Shown here one piece after another: positions 36,261 through 48,599 of a stretch of 64,000 nucleotides of DNA (positions are counted from its first letter, which is position 1; the number at the start of each line of letters is the position of its first letter). The stretch is from Mobula hypostoma (Eukaryota), in assembly GCF_963921235.1 (NCBI RefSeq), contig NC_086120.1, positions 31,248,001 through 31,312,000 of the forward strand. The letters run 5' to 3'. Made by a program: the position numbers and the translations under genes. The notes under the pieces are model-generated. The model saw only the letters and a list, made by a program, of their open reading frames with translations, had not been told where the DNA came from and searched no databases.

Positions 36261-36880
36261 TGGTCGGCATGGAGAGCTAGGCCTGTTTTCATGCTCTGTG
36301 ACTGGACTTCTCTATGTTGGGAAGGCCAGAATTTACGGCTGATCTCTAACGGCCCATTTATAATGGTCCTTGGGAAGATGGTGGTGATCCACTTTCAGTT
36401 ACCATACACCTGAGTAGCTTACTCAGCCACATCAGCTACTTCACTGTGGATCTGGAGTCACACATAGGCCAAGTTAGGTAAGGGGATCAGATTTATTCCC
36501 CTGAAGATCCAAGAAGAGTCTAACATCATTTTGTGGTCTTATTGTCACTGTCACTGTTTTACCAGTTCCAGGATATTTAATTAATAGATGGTTAGTCCAG
36601 ATTTCTGGATTACTAGTAAATGAAAATAAAAAAAAACAGATTCTGGAAATCTGAAACAAAAACAGAAATACAAGGTGTTGGAAAAACATCCCCCACATTC
36701 TCTCCTACTGTCTCCCATTGTCTGGTACGGAGGCACCAATGCACAGGGTTGTAAGAGGCTTCACAGGGTTGCAGCTCCATCATGGGCACAATCTTCTCCA
36801 CCATCTAGGACATCTTCTAGTGCCTCAAGAAGGTTGGCATCCATCATTAGGGACCCTCACTATTCAGGATGTGCCCTTTT

Positions 36881-37805
36881 GTTCAAAGTTCAAAAGTAAA
36901 ATTTATTATCAAAGTACATACATGTCATCACATACGACCCTGAAATTCTTTTTCCTGCAGATCTATAGAACAGTAACTGTAAACAGGATCAATGAAAAAC
37001 AAGCTGTGCAAACGCAAATATAAATAAATAGCAAAAAATAACGAGAGCATAAAATAACAAAATGAAGGGTCCTTAAAGTAAGATCATTGGAAATAGAATG
37101 AGTGTCATTATCCTCTTTTGTTTACGAGAGTGATGGTTGAGAGGTAACTGTTCTTGAACCTGGTGTTACGAGTCCTGAGGCTCTTGTACCTTCTAGTTGA
37201 TGGCAGCAGCGAGAAAAGAGCTTGGCCTGGGTGTTGAGGATCTTTGAAGATGGATGCTGCTTTTCTGTGGCAATGGTTCATGTAGATGTGCTCAGTTGTT
37301 AGGAGATCTTTACCCATGATGTACTGGGCCGAATCCACTACCTTTTGTAGGATTTTCTGCTCAAAGGCATTGGTGTTCCCATACCAGGCCATTATGAAGC
37401 CAGTGAATACACTTTCCACGACACATCTATAGAAGTTTGACATGGTTTTTGATGACATACTGAATCTCCACAGACTCCTAAGCACGTAGAGGCGCTGTTA
37501 TGCTTTCTTTGCAATTACCTTTAAATGATATGTCCAGGACAGGCCCTATGGGATAGTGACACAAAAAATTTTAAAGTTAATGATCCTTTCCACCTCTGAT
37601 CCTCCAATGAGTATTGGCTTATGGACCTCTGATTTCCCTCTCCTGATATCTACAATCAGTTCCTTGGTCTTACTGGCACTGAGTGAGAGGTAGCTGTTTT
37701 GAAACCATTCAGCCAAATTTTCAATCTCCTTCCTGTACGCTGATTCATCACCACTTTTGATAAGGCACACAACAGCGATGTCATCAGTGAACTTGTATAT
37801 GATGA
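36881..37805 (-). mobile_element. Rex1/Babar LINE, RT C-terminus to 3' tail
   Basis: IYKFTDDIAVV...KTKELIVD and NFYRCVVESVFTG...HPGQALFSLLPS. (TTGAACTT) tail. Confidence 0.88.
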
Positions 37806-37926
37806 TGGAGTCACTACTACAGCAGCCTGAAAACACACACCTTAGGAAAAGCTTCTGTGCCTCCACCATCAGAATTCTGAATGGTCCATGAACACTACCA
37901 TGATTCTGATTCTAATAAAAATGAAC

Positions 37927-37931
37927 TTCTC

Positions 37932-37962
<31 letters not shown>

Positions 37963-38050
37963 TGCTCTCTCCCCCCCCTTCCTCTCTCCCCCCACTCTCT
38001 CTCTCCCTCTCTCCCCCTCTCCCCCTCCCCCCCTCTCTCTATCTCTCTCT
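37927..38050. repeat. (CT)n / C-rich polypyrimidine tract
   Basis: About 120 bp almost entirely pyrimidine. Confidence 0.9.
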
Positions 38051-39719
38051 CGTACTCTTTCCACAGTGGCTGCCTGACCTTCTGAGTTGTTCCACCAGTT
38101 ACCGTTTATGTTGCCAGATAAATAATCTACCACAATGCCCTATGACATCTTAACATATTTCTCCGTAAATGAGGAACTAGATGTTAAATTCTAAACATAG
38201 TACCTCACATTGAAGTATTGTTATTGGACCAATAGCACAAAGAGCTGTGCAAATAATTTGAGGATATAAATTCAAGTTCCACTATAAAATCTGAAACCAG
38301 TCACAGTGACAATGAACAATGTAATGATTTGTAATATGCACATCAATTATACCAATATCTAGTAGTAAAGAAAGTGTGTCTTGCCTGAATTTTCATTTTG
38401 CCACTTAGTAATTGGCTTGCCTCATGGAAGTTCTAGCAAGCTGCCCATTTAGGGACTGATCATGATCACCAGCAATGTCCCATGTCATGAAAAAAATAAA
38501 TAAAACATGGGTGGATTCTGTAACCTGAATCATGTGAACTATTAACCTCAGCCCAATAGTTCACTGAATTAAGATGTGGTTAAGGTAATTGTGCACTTTA
38601 GAATGTGCAAGATGTTATCAGTCAGAACGAGACTACATGCAGCGTACTGCTGGCAGAGTGTGCAAAGCAAGGCTTGTATAAGTGGTCCTGTTGGGGTTGC
38701 AAATTTACTAAAGACGTCGCCACAAGTTTAAGCTTGATCACACCTTTTAGCTTTAAGTAACATTTAATCTTTCGGTCAGCCAGAAACTGTATCCATAACA
38801 ACTAAACCTGTGAAAGTTAATTAGTTTCAGGGTCAAATGGTAGTCATATGCAATCCTGGAATTAAAGCCTGCAATATCAAAATAGTAAAGGTTAAGGGCT
38901 TACATAACACGCCTTGGTTTGTTGTTTATTTTCAATCTATTTATTTAAATAGTTATTCTAAATGAGCAAGCCATTAATTACAAACCTTACAAAAACGACG
39001 TCTTCATGATATATTGTTGTCAGTGTTAAAACTTTTAATTTCAAGGTATAGAACTGTCTATAAATGTCAGCAAATCAGGTAGCATCTATTAATGACCCGC
39101 TGAGCTCCTCCAGTATTTTGTGTATTTCTGCAGTTTGCCCCATCTGCAGTCTCTCATGCCTCTGTTTATAGCTGCTAGAATAAAAGTTGTTTTACTGCAT
39201 AAACTAAAGTTATGGGAGTGCATCTAATTTTGTTCTTAAACTTATGCAAATCTCATTAGTCTCCTCAGCCTTTGTACTCACCCACACAATGGAAACCTTA
39301 AATGATACAACAACCTCTCAACTAATCAGTCAACCAGCTCCGTTAAATCTACGCCAACCTTTGTCGCTACCTATCTCCAAAGGGAACAAAATTCCTACCG
39401 TCCAGCTTTTATCCTTGTCATGATCTGGAGGCTTGTGTGCCTCAGTGACCCAGAGAGCTTCGCTGACTGGAGTCAGGGCTTTATCACAATACTTGTACAT
39501 TGTTACATAATGATAGTGATAGCTACATTAACTGTATGTATGTTGTAAAAAGATTCTCAGGACACAGCACTCTGGTATTTACACATTAATGTTTATTGCT
39601 TATTCTGGTTTTAAAGATATTTATTAGATATGGGTGTCACAAAAATGTCAGTCTTTATTACGTAGTCCTAACTTGTTGATGTCCTTTTTGTGCAAGTGTT
39701 TCTATGGAACTGATATGTG

Positions 39720-40268
39720 AGATACCTGCTGTACATAATAAAGTGGCAACTGAGAGTATGTTCCTGGTCTTCAGCTGCTGCAGCCCATCCACTTCAAAGG
39801 TCGATGTGTGTTGTGTTCAGAGATGCTCTTCTGCACACCACTGTTGTAATGTGTGTTTATTTGAGTTACTTTTGCCTTCTTGTCAGCATGAACCAGTCTG
39901 GCCATTTTCCTCTAACTTCTCTCATTAACAAGGTGGCTTTGCCCACAGAATTGCCGCCCACTGATTTTTTTTTTTGCTTTTCACACCATTCTCTGTAACC
40001 TCTAGAGACTGCTGTGTGTGAAAATCCCAAGGGGATCAGCAGTTTCTGAGATACTCAAGCCACCCTGTCTGGCACCAACATCATTTCACAATCAAAGTCA
40101 CATAGATCACATTTCTTCCCCATTCTTATACTTAGTCTGAAAAGCAACTGAACCTCTTGACTATATCTGCATGCTTTTGTGCATTGAGTTGCTGCCATGT
40201 TATTGGTTTTTTAGATATTTGCATTAATGAGCAGCTGCGCAGATGTACCTAACAAAGTGGCCACGGAG
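39720..40268 (-). mobile_element. Non-autonomous Tc1 transposon (left end eroded)
   Basis: Collinear with 43492-44053. Right TIR GTACCTAACAAAGTGGCCAC. Confidence 0.8.
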
Positions 40269-40321
40269 TACATGTTGGGATGGTGCATGACTTGGGCGTC
40301 TTGGAGCTGGCAGTGAGCAAT

Positions 40322-40498
40322 AGGAAACACCATATATGGGGGGGCCGGTGATTCCTGTGTCAATGATCGCAGATTCCTTTTCCTGAAGCTGCTGGAACTG
40401 TGGGTGGTTTTAATTTCAGTCTCCTTCCATTAGAGTACCAATTGTGACTCAGTGAATTAGACTCATGCCTGAGTCAGAAGACTTGTTCAATGACCTTT
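40322..40498. promoter_or_regulatory. Candidate enhancer: Ets+CArG, two AP-1 sites, NBRE
   Basis: AGGAAA at 40322, CCATATATGG at 40330-40339, TGACTCA at 40445, TGAGTCA at 40470, TGACCTTT at 40491. Confidence 0.4.
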
Positions 40499-40832
40499 GC
40501 AATTTAATGTTGCAAACTATTAACCTTTCATAGTTTATCTTTTCACTTCTTTTTATCATGCTCATCCATGTAATTCTTAAATGCACTCTGCTTATAGATT
40601 TTCTCTCTCTGTTCTGTACTTAATACAGTCACAGTTGTATAAGTCCCTTTCACTCATGAAGTGTTAATTTAAATGGGAGAACAGCTGTGTTATAGAAGGT
40701 GAGGGATTTTTTTTGCTGAGGATTTGCTTGAAATCTATTAACAAACTGAACTAAAATAAAAGGAAATGGAATTATGCTGTTAAAGTTATAGAATTGCAGA
40801 ATTTAACTTTATGGAAGGAGGTTCATAGCATT

Positions 40833-41286
40833 CATCATCATCATCATCAGGTGCCATGCCCAGATTGAGCTTTGACTGCCATGGACCACACACTCCTGTT
40901 TCGGGTCGAGTGGATCAATTTATTGGTATTCATTTCCAGTTCTCCGACTGCTATCTCCATCATCATTTGTCTTTGCCTTCCTTTTGCTTTCTTCCCTTCA
41001 ATCTTTCCCATAATTACCGTGCATCCTAACTCCTCTTTCCTAATGAAGTTACGTTGCCTCTTCATGATCTCATACATTATTTCTCTTTTTGTGTTTGCTC
41101 TGTTCATGACATCCTCATTAGATATTCGTTTTGTCCATGATATTCTTTGCATCCTCCTCAAAAACCATATCTCTGCTGCTTCAATTCGTTTCCTCATGTT
41201 ACTAGATATTGTCCAACATTCTGATCCGTATAACAGAACTGGACAAACGTAACATTTCAGTACTCTGAAGCGGGTTGTCATGCCTA
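40833..41286 (-). mobile_element. 5'-truncated RTE-clade LINE with (TGA)n tail and 12-bp TSD
   Basis: RVLKCYVCPVLLYGSECWTI...IEAAEIWFLRRMQRISW. TSD GTTCATAGCATT at 40821-40832 and 41287-41298. Confidence 0.9.
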
Positions 41287-41467
41287 GTTCATAGCATTAG
41301 TGAAGGCAAAACAAGAGCTTCCCATGGAATTTATTTATTTAGAGACACAGAGTCTTTTGGCTTACCAAACTAACAAGTGTGTATATATATATATATTTTT
41401 AGCTGTAATTTACAGTTTTTATTATTATGTATTACAATGAACTGCTGTTGCGTAGCAACAAATTTTA

Positions 41468-42050
41468 AACCAAACATGAGAAAATCTGCAGGTGCTGGAA
41501 ATCCAAAGCAACACACACAAAATGCTGAAGGAACTCAGCACATCAGGCAGCATCTATGGAGAAGAGTAAACAGTCGATGTTTTGGGCTGAGATACTTCTT
41601 CAAGACTGATGAGGAAGGGGGAAGATGCCAGAATAAAAAGGTGGGAGGAGGGGAAAGAGGCTAGCTGGAAAGTAATAAATGAAGCCAGGTGGGTGGGAAA
41701 AGTTAAGGGCTGGAGAAGAAGGAATTTTATATAAGAGGAGGGTGGACCATAGGAGAAAGGGAAGGAGGAGGGAACCCAGGGGGTGGGGGGGGGTAGTAAT
41801 AGGCAAGTGAGAAGAAGTCAAAGGTCAGAGTGGAGAGTAGAGGAAGGGGGAAGGGAAATTGTTCACTGGAAGAAGAAATCAATATGGTTGGAGGGTCCCA
41901 GACGGAATATATTATAACCCTGAGGGTGGCTTCATCTTGGCACAAGAGGAGGCCATGAATCGACACGTTGGAATAAGAACAGGAATCAGAATTAAAACGT
42001 TTGGTCACTGGGAAATCCCGATGTGGTGGATGATGCGGAGGTGCTTGATG
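41468..42050 (-). mobile_element. Penelope-like element 3' fragment
   Basis: KRFNSDSCSYSNVSIHGLLLCQDEATLR plus the standard terminus. Confidence 0.8.
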
Positions 42051-42109
42051 TTTTTAAAACATATGCCATTGTTGTTTGTCACTGATTCTTTCCATTAGTT
42101 CCATTTCCT

Positions 42110-43194
42110 TTTATTTTTGACTCCATTCACCGAGGTAAAATGCTGAAGATCCTGAAAGCTTACGGAGTGCCAGACCATCTACTGAGAGCAATAGAGCCCA
42201 GCTGTACCAAAACCATGGCGAAACTTGTATCACCAGACGGAGAAACAGCAGTGTTCAGGTTCCTAGCTGCTGTGCTGCAAGGAGACACTCTGGCACCCTA
42301 CATCTTTATAATCATCCTTGATTATGCTCTGCGTCAAGCTACCAAAGATCATGACAAGCTTGGTTTTACCATAAAACCAGGGCGAACCAGAAGAGTCAGA
42401 CCAGTTACGCTCACAGATCTCGATTTTGCAGATGACATAGTCCTGCTCTCTGACCAGATGGAGGAAGCACAGCAGCTACTGACAAAAGTGGAAATTGAGT
42501 GCAATAAAGATGGACTTCACCTAAACGCTAAAAAGACAGAGTACATGGCGTTTAACTGCGATGAAGGTACTCTCAAGACCGTAGAGAATGATACCATTGA
42601 GAAAGTCTTTGACTACAAGTACCTCAGGTCAAGAATGATGAGTTCGGAGAAGGACATAAAGATACGGAAGGCGCTGGCGTGGAGGGCTATGAACGACATG
42701 AAGGAAATCTAGAAGTCGAACCCGACCAGAGGGTTTAAAAAGAGGAATTTCATAGCAGTCATAGAGTCCATTCTCACATACGGATGCGAGACGTGGACAC
42801 TCACCAAGACAATGCGAAAGTCTCTAGATGGTTGCTACACACGAATGCTCCGGATGGCTCTTGACGTAAGTTGGCAACAGCACATGACGAACGTCGAGCT
42901 CTATAACAACCTACCGATGCTCACCACTAAAATTGAGGCGAGAAGATTGCAACTAGCGGGGCACTGTCTATGCCACCCTGAGCTACCTGCCAGCCTAGTC
43001 ATCATATGGGAGCCCAAGCACGGGAGGATGAACCCTGGGCACCCTCCCAAGACTATGGTCAACATGCTCCTAGAAGACAGCGGCGTGGCTAATGTAGGTG
43101 AACTGAACACACTGGCGAGGGAGAGGGAGAAGTGGAGAGTCCGTCATCGTGCCCGACGCCGGCCCCCTAGGCCTGAGTCGACGTAGTAGCAGTA
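42110..43194 (+). mobile_element. RTE-clade LINE: RT domain to C-terminus, (TAG)n tail, one premature stop
   Basis: FDSIHRGKM...VLQGDTLAPYIFIIILDY...DLDFADDIVL...LNAKKTEYM...YKYL. Stop at 42710-42712, then LDGCYTRMLRMAL...LQLAGHC. Ends GTAGTAGCAGTA. Confidence 0.92.
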
Positions 43195-43491
43195 GATTCT
43201 TTCTGCTACTTAGATCTATATTTATATCCCTGTAGGTTTAGGCACATCACATTCATCAAAGCAATTCAGGAATGTTCAGGTTTTCTGATTTCATCACCAC
43301 TCTTCATATAGTAAATCTCATATCAATGGATGAAATATTCTTCAACTAATCCTTGACCAACTATCTCAAATCTATGGCCACCCCATTTGTTAACTTCACA
43401 GTTATTTGCCCAAGTTTTTCTTTTTTTTACCTTAATTCAATAGCTTTTTTGCTTCTTTTGCTCTAAGTGAAACAACACTAAATTTATTATA

Positions 43492-44053
43492 CATTCAGTG
43501 GCCACTTTGTTAGATACCTCTTGTACCTAATATAGTGGCCACTGAGTGCATTTTTGTGGTCGTCTGCTGCTGTTGCCCATCCAGGTCAGGTTTCAACATG
43601 TTGTGCATTCAGGGATGCTCCTCTGCCCACCACTGTTGTACTCATGGTCATTTGAGTAACTGTCTCTTCCCGTCAGCTTGAACCAGTCTGGCTGTTATCT
43701 TCTGACCTCTCTCATAAACGAGGTGTTTTCCCCCATAGAACTGCCCCTCACTAGATGTATTTTGTTCTTCACACCATTCTCTGTAAACTCTAGAGGTTGT
43801 AGTGTTTGAAAATCCCAGGAGATCAGCAGTGTCTGAGATACTCAAGCAACCCTGTCTGACACCAACAATTGTCCCACCGTCAAAGTCAATTAGATTATAT
43901 TTCTTCCCCATTCTGGTGTTTGGTCTGAAACTGAACCTTTTGACCATGTCTGCATGCTTTTATGCATTGAGTTGCTGCTGTATGATTGGCTGATTAGATA
44001 TTTGCATTAAGAAGCAGATGCAAAGATGTACCTAGTAAACTGGCCACTGAGTG
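43492..44053 (-). mobile_element. Internally deleted Tc1/mariner transposon with TIRs and TA TSD
   Basis: TA|CATTCAGTGGCCAC...TGGCCACTGAGTG|TA. Minus ORF MGKKYNLIDFDGGTIVGVRQGCLSISDTADLLGFSNTTTSRVYREW is a Tc1 N-terminal HTH. Confidence 0.9.
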
Positions 44054-45369
44054 TATCCTATGTAATGCTAGAAATGTTAGCTGTGCCTTAGGAAGGCAGA
44101 TGATGAATATTTATTTTGGAGGTCCACATCCCACTCCAGGGACTTGAGCAGGCTGCTATAAGGGAGTTCATAGAGTTTGGGGTGCTTTTTTTCAATAATC
44201 AGAAACTCCAGAGGGTTTTATGCTGCTTCAAGAAACTGTGTGCATATACTCTCTCATGTGGATGTGAAAAATACTCCCATGGCATTCAGATCAGCATAAG
44301 TACTCTCTTGCTTCCTGCTCAATGCGAACCAACATCCTAAAACTGATTATCAGGCTTTTGCCACATTGCTGTTTATGGCTGCTGCATATAAAATGGCTGG
44401 TGAGTATCCTAAGCTATAACATTGACTATACTTCAAACAAGTATTAAACACAAGAAAAGTTCTTCGGGACATTTTGACATTATGAAGCATGTAATTTAAA
44501 TGCAAATACTTTCTCCTTTAAAACTGCTTGCTAAGTTTGCACAAATTTAAAGGTTCCTGTGACGCTGAACTATTTAAAGCATGCGTCATTCCAGTTTTGC
44601 CATCAGACAAGACAGCACTCTGTTTATTGCAAGAGTAATTTTTCACACAGTGGGGAATGATGAGGCAGGAACTGAACAATTATCAGTTGGCAACATTTCT
44701 AAGATATTCATTTTTTCCCCCTCTTTGTGGTTCTTTTTTTTTCTGTAAATACCATTGTGCTTCCTTGGTTTGTTTAATGTGCGTATCTATTACGCTAGTG
44801 GTTTTTGGTAAATTGGTAGACGTATTGGGCAAGAACTATAGGACAACGCAATGCTCTCACTATCAGTTCAGGAAGAAGAACTCAGGGGACTTGACTGGGG
44901 CCATTCATAGATATTTATTTAATTCCTTGGTTCCACAATTGTCCTTTTAGAGAAAAAAAATCCCTGTGAATTCCAAACCATAGACATGTTATAGTAGACC
45001 AATATTGTGGCTTTTCAAAAATAAAGCCTTGTTCCCCTATAGTCAACCAAAGAACACAGGGGCATAAGGTGGTAAACACAGTTGACAAATCAGGCAAAGA
45101 GAGAAAAGTACTGAATTGTTTAGTTCCATGACACTAAAGTGTGTCCCCATAAAATCATTCCCCAAACAGAAGCTCCAGATCCAAAATCTACTGAGGGCCA
45201 CATCAAAGGTATTCAAGTCTAGTGACCAAGAAAGTTACAAGAGGTCTAGGTACAATCTCCAGAAAGGCACCTCATGTGTGAAGTGGCAATTCTGGACTGA
45301 AAATGGAATCAACAAAGGATGCTCGAATGTTGTGGCAGGGCTGAATTCTATCATTTCTTAAAAGTAACA

Positions 45370-45811
45370 ACACCTTATATTCCGTCTGCGTAGCCTCCAA
45401 CCTGATGGCATGAACATCGACTTCTCTAACTTCCGCTAAGGCCCCACCTCCCCCTCGTACCCCATCTGTTACTTATTTTTATGCACACATTCTTTCTCTC
45501 ACTCTCCTTTTTCTCCCTCTGTCCCTCTGAATATACCTCTTGCCCATCCTCTGGGCCCCCCCCCAGACTTCCTGTCCCATGATCCTCTCGTATCCCCTTT
45601 TGCCTATCACCTGTCCAGCTCTTGGCTCTATCCCTCCCCCTCCTGTCTTCTCCTATCATTTTGGATCTCCCCCTCCCCCTCCAACTTTCAAATCCCTTAC
45701 TCACTCTTCCTTCAGTTAGTCCTGACGAAGGGTCTCGGCCTGAAACATCGACTGCACCTCTTCCTACAGATGCTGCCTGGCCTGCTGCGTTCACCAGCAA
45801 CTTTGATGTGT
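45370..45811 (+). mobile_element. Young Penelope-like terminal repeat (no tail)
   Basis: HLIFRLRSLQPDGMNIDFSNF, then the hammerhead motif. Ends GATGTGT. Flanked by GTAACA on both sides. Confidence 0.85.
45718..45753 (+). ncRNA. Minimal type I hammerhead ribozyme motif
   Basis: AGTC-CTGACGA-AGG gtctcgg CCT-GAAA-C-ATC-GACT. Perfect stem I (AGTC/GACT) and stem II. GTC is changed to ATC, consistent with CpG decay. Confidence 0.75.
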
Positions 45812-46436
45812 GTAACATAGGGAAGAACAGGGCTTCACTTCCAGATCAGCTCAATAACTTCCATGCTTGCTTTGATGTCAAAAGATGGAGGAACCATCAG
45901 GAACTCCCACATCTCCTGATGATCCTGTGATATTTGTCTCTGAAGTTAATGTGCAAGCAACCTTCAGGAGCGTGAGCCCATAAAAAGCATCTGGCCCAGA
46001 TGGAGTACATGGCTAATTATGAAGGACCTGTGCTGATCAACTGGCTGAGGTGTTCACTGGGAGCTTTAACCTCTCATTTCAGCGGTCTGAGGTATGCACC
46101 TGCATCAAGAAGACTTCACTTATCCCTGTGCCTAAGAAGGATGTGGTAACCTGCCTTGATGATTATCGTCCAGCGGTACTTACATCCACTATGATGAAGT
46201 GTTTTGACCATATGGTGCCAAAACAGATCAACTCCTGCCTGAGGAGTGACTTGCATCTGCTCCAAATTGCCCTCCGGAGCAACAGGTCCACAGCAGGTGC
46301 CATCTCGTGGGCTCTTCGCTCAACCCTGGAACATCTGGCCAGCAAAGATACATACATCAGGAGGCTTTTTATCAACTACAGCTTAGAGTTCAATACCATC
46401 AACCCCTCAAAACTAATCAATTATCTTCAAGACCTT

Positions 46437-47335
46437 GGGTCCTACCACCAAACACAACTTTACCTCCCCCTCGCTCTCTGTTTTCAGCAGGGACTGCTCC
46501 CTCCAAGATTCCCCTGCCCATTTGACCCTGTCCACTGATCTCCCACCTTGCACTTATCCCTGCAAGCGGTCAAAGTGCTGCAGCTGCCCATTCACCTTCT
46601 CCCTTACCTCCTTTCAGGCGCCCAAACTACACTTTGTAGTGAGGCAACACTTCACCTGTGAATCTGCTGGAGTACTCTATTGTGTCCGCTGCTCCCAAGG
46701 TGGCTTTCTCTACATTGGTGAGACCCGTTATAAACTGGGGGGACTGCTTTGTCGAGGACCTCCGCTCCATCTGCCAAATGTAGAACTTCCCAGTGGCCCA
46801 ACATTTTAAATCCAATTCCCATTCCCGTTCCAACACGTTGGTCCATGGCCTCCTTTCGTCCCACGATGAGGCCATTCCTAAAGTGGTGAAGCAATACCTT
46901 GTAGCCCCAACCTGATGGCAGGAATATCAAATTCTTCTTCCAGTAAAAAGTTTTTCCCTCACCCTTCCCTCTTCTTCTATTCTCCACTCCGACCTCCTAC
47001 CTCTCATCACCTGCCTATCATCTCCCCCTGGTGCCCCTCCTTCTTCCCTTTCTCCCATGGTCTACTCTCCTTTCCTATCAGATTCCTTCCTCTCCAGCCC
47101 TTTATCTTTCCCACCCACCTGGCATCACCTACCTCTTTCTAGCTATCTTCCTTCCCCTCCCTCCAACTTTTTATTCTGATGTCTTCCCCCTTCATTGACC
47201 GTTCTGAAGAAGGGTCTTGGCCTGAAATGTTGACAGTTTGTCTATTTCCATGGATATTGCCCGACCAGCAGAGTTCCTCCAGCACTTTGTGCATATTGCT
47301 TTGGATGTCCAGCATCTACAGAATTTCTGTGTTTA
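46437..47335 (+). mobile_element. Penelope-like element: GIY-YIG remnant, terminal repeat and tail
   Basis: TYPCKRSKCCSCPF...VRQHFTCESAGVLYCVRCSQGGFLYIGETRYKLG. Decayed hammerhead CTGAAGAAGGGTCTTGGCCTGAAATGTT at ~47204. Confidence 0.9.
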
Positions 47336-47589
47336 TGACGTCCTCTTAACTACAAAGGTAGATCTGATTTCCAGCATCAGTACCTTATTGATTTTCAGTG
47401 AGGAAGCTGGGATTGGGGAAGAAATTAATGAAACAAAATCACACAGAGTTATAAATGCTGTACCGATCTTTCCTCACCTAAATCCTGACATCTGTACAAT
47501 CCAACAAAGCTGAGCCTCTTCTATCTTCCCTGAAAGTAATTCAGCAAACTGCCAACCGAGTTGCAATTCTTTTTGGACTGGAGATTTTC

Positions 47590-47870
47590 GAGAGTTGTGC
47601 AAGTAAGTGATTTGTTTAGAAAGGTTAAATAGAGGAAAGCCATTCCCTTCAGCTGATGCTTCAAGGATAAGGGGACACATGTTTAAAATTTGGGCAAAAG
47701 ATGCACAAGGGAATGCGAAGGAAAGCTATTTTTGGCAGAGAGTGATTATGGTCTGGAATTCATTGCCTATAGGCAATATGGAGACAGAATTAAACAGGGC
47801 TTTCAACGGGGAATTGGATAGGTTCTTGAGGGAAGATGATTTTCAGGTTAATGCTGTAAGAGTAGGGGAC
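47590..47870 (+). mobile_element. Old CR1 3' fragment
   Basis: RIRGHMFK...FWQRVIMVWNSLP...AFNGELDRFL. Confidence 0.7.
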
Positions 47871-48599
47871 CAGGAAAAAAGGCAATTTCTTGATATTCCC
47901 TCTTCTCCTTCCTTCTATCAAGCAGAAGATAGAACAGCCTGAAAGCATGCACCACCAGGCTCAGGGACAGTTCTATCCCACTATCGGGGCACCTATTGCA
48001 CAGACCCCGATATAATAAGAAGGGCTCTTGACCTCACAAGCTACCACATCACGGCCGTAAGCCTTATTCTCTGCTGCACTACACTTTCTCTACAACTGAA
48101 ACATGTGCTCAGCATTCTATTATTGCTTTCTCCTTGTACTACCTCAGCGTACTCTATGGATGGCACGCAACACAAAGCTTTTCACTGTAACTCAGTACGC
48201 GTGATCATAATAAGGATCAAGGATCAAATTTATTCTGTGATACGTTAACATGTATTTGGAATTTAGTGTGGTGTGTTGGCCAGGGCGCAACATGCAACTG
48301 AAAACAATACTCAACATTGATAAAGAATTAAGAATTGTATAAAAACAAAATTGGAAGTTGAAGCACAATTATGGAATGAAATACTTAAATACCAGCATGT
48401 ATTCACAATATAAACAGCATTATAGAAAGTGGTTTAATTCAGTGCAGTGACGGGGGATACTAGAGAGAGGATGGTGTGGGAGGTTAACTAGAATATTTGA
48501 TCAGATTAATTGCCTGGTGGAAGAAACTTTTAAAATGGCTTTAATGTTTTGATTTAATAGCCCTATAGTGATTTCCATAAAGGAGCTTTTGGAAAAGGT

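Larger units (their letters stand above)
45115..46436 (+). mobile_element. Degenerate Rex1/Babar LINE internal segment (pre-RT and RT N-terminus), interrupted by a PLE
   Basis: LIPVPKK...DYRPAVLTSTMMKCF...RSNRST...LFINYSLEFNTI. Confidence 0.8.

Noticed and set aside
44656-44680. C/D snoRNA boxes (ATGATGA...CTGA)
   Set aside because: Boxes are too close together and there is no terminal stem.
47478-47529. 52-nt minus-strand segment with good acceptor (TTTCAG) and donor (GTGAGG)
   Set aside because: The only open frame (KIEEAQLCWIVQMSGF) is unrecognised, and no partner exons were found. Compatible with chance.
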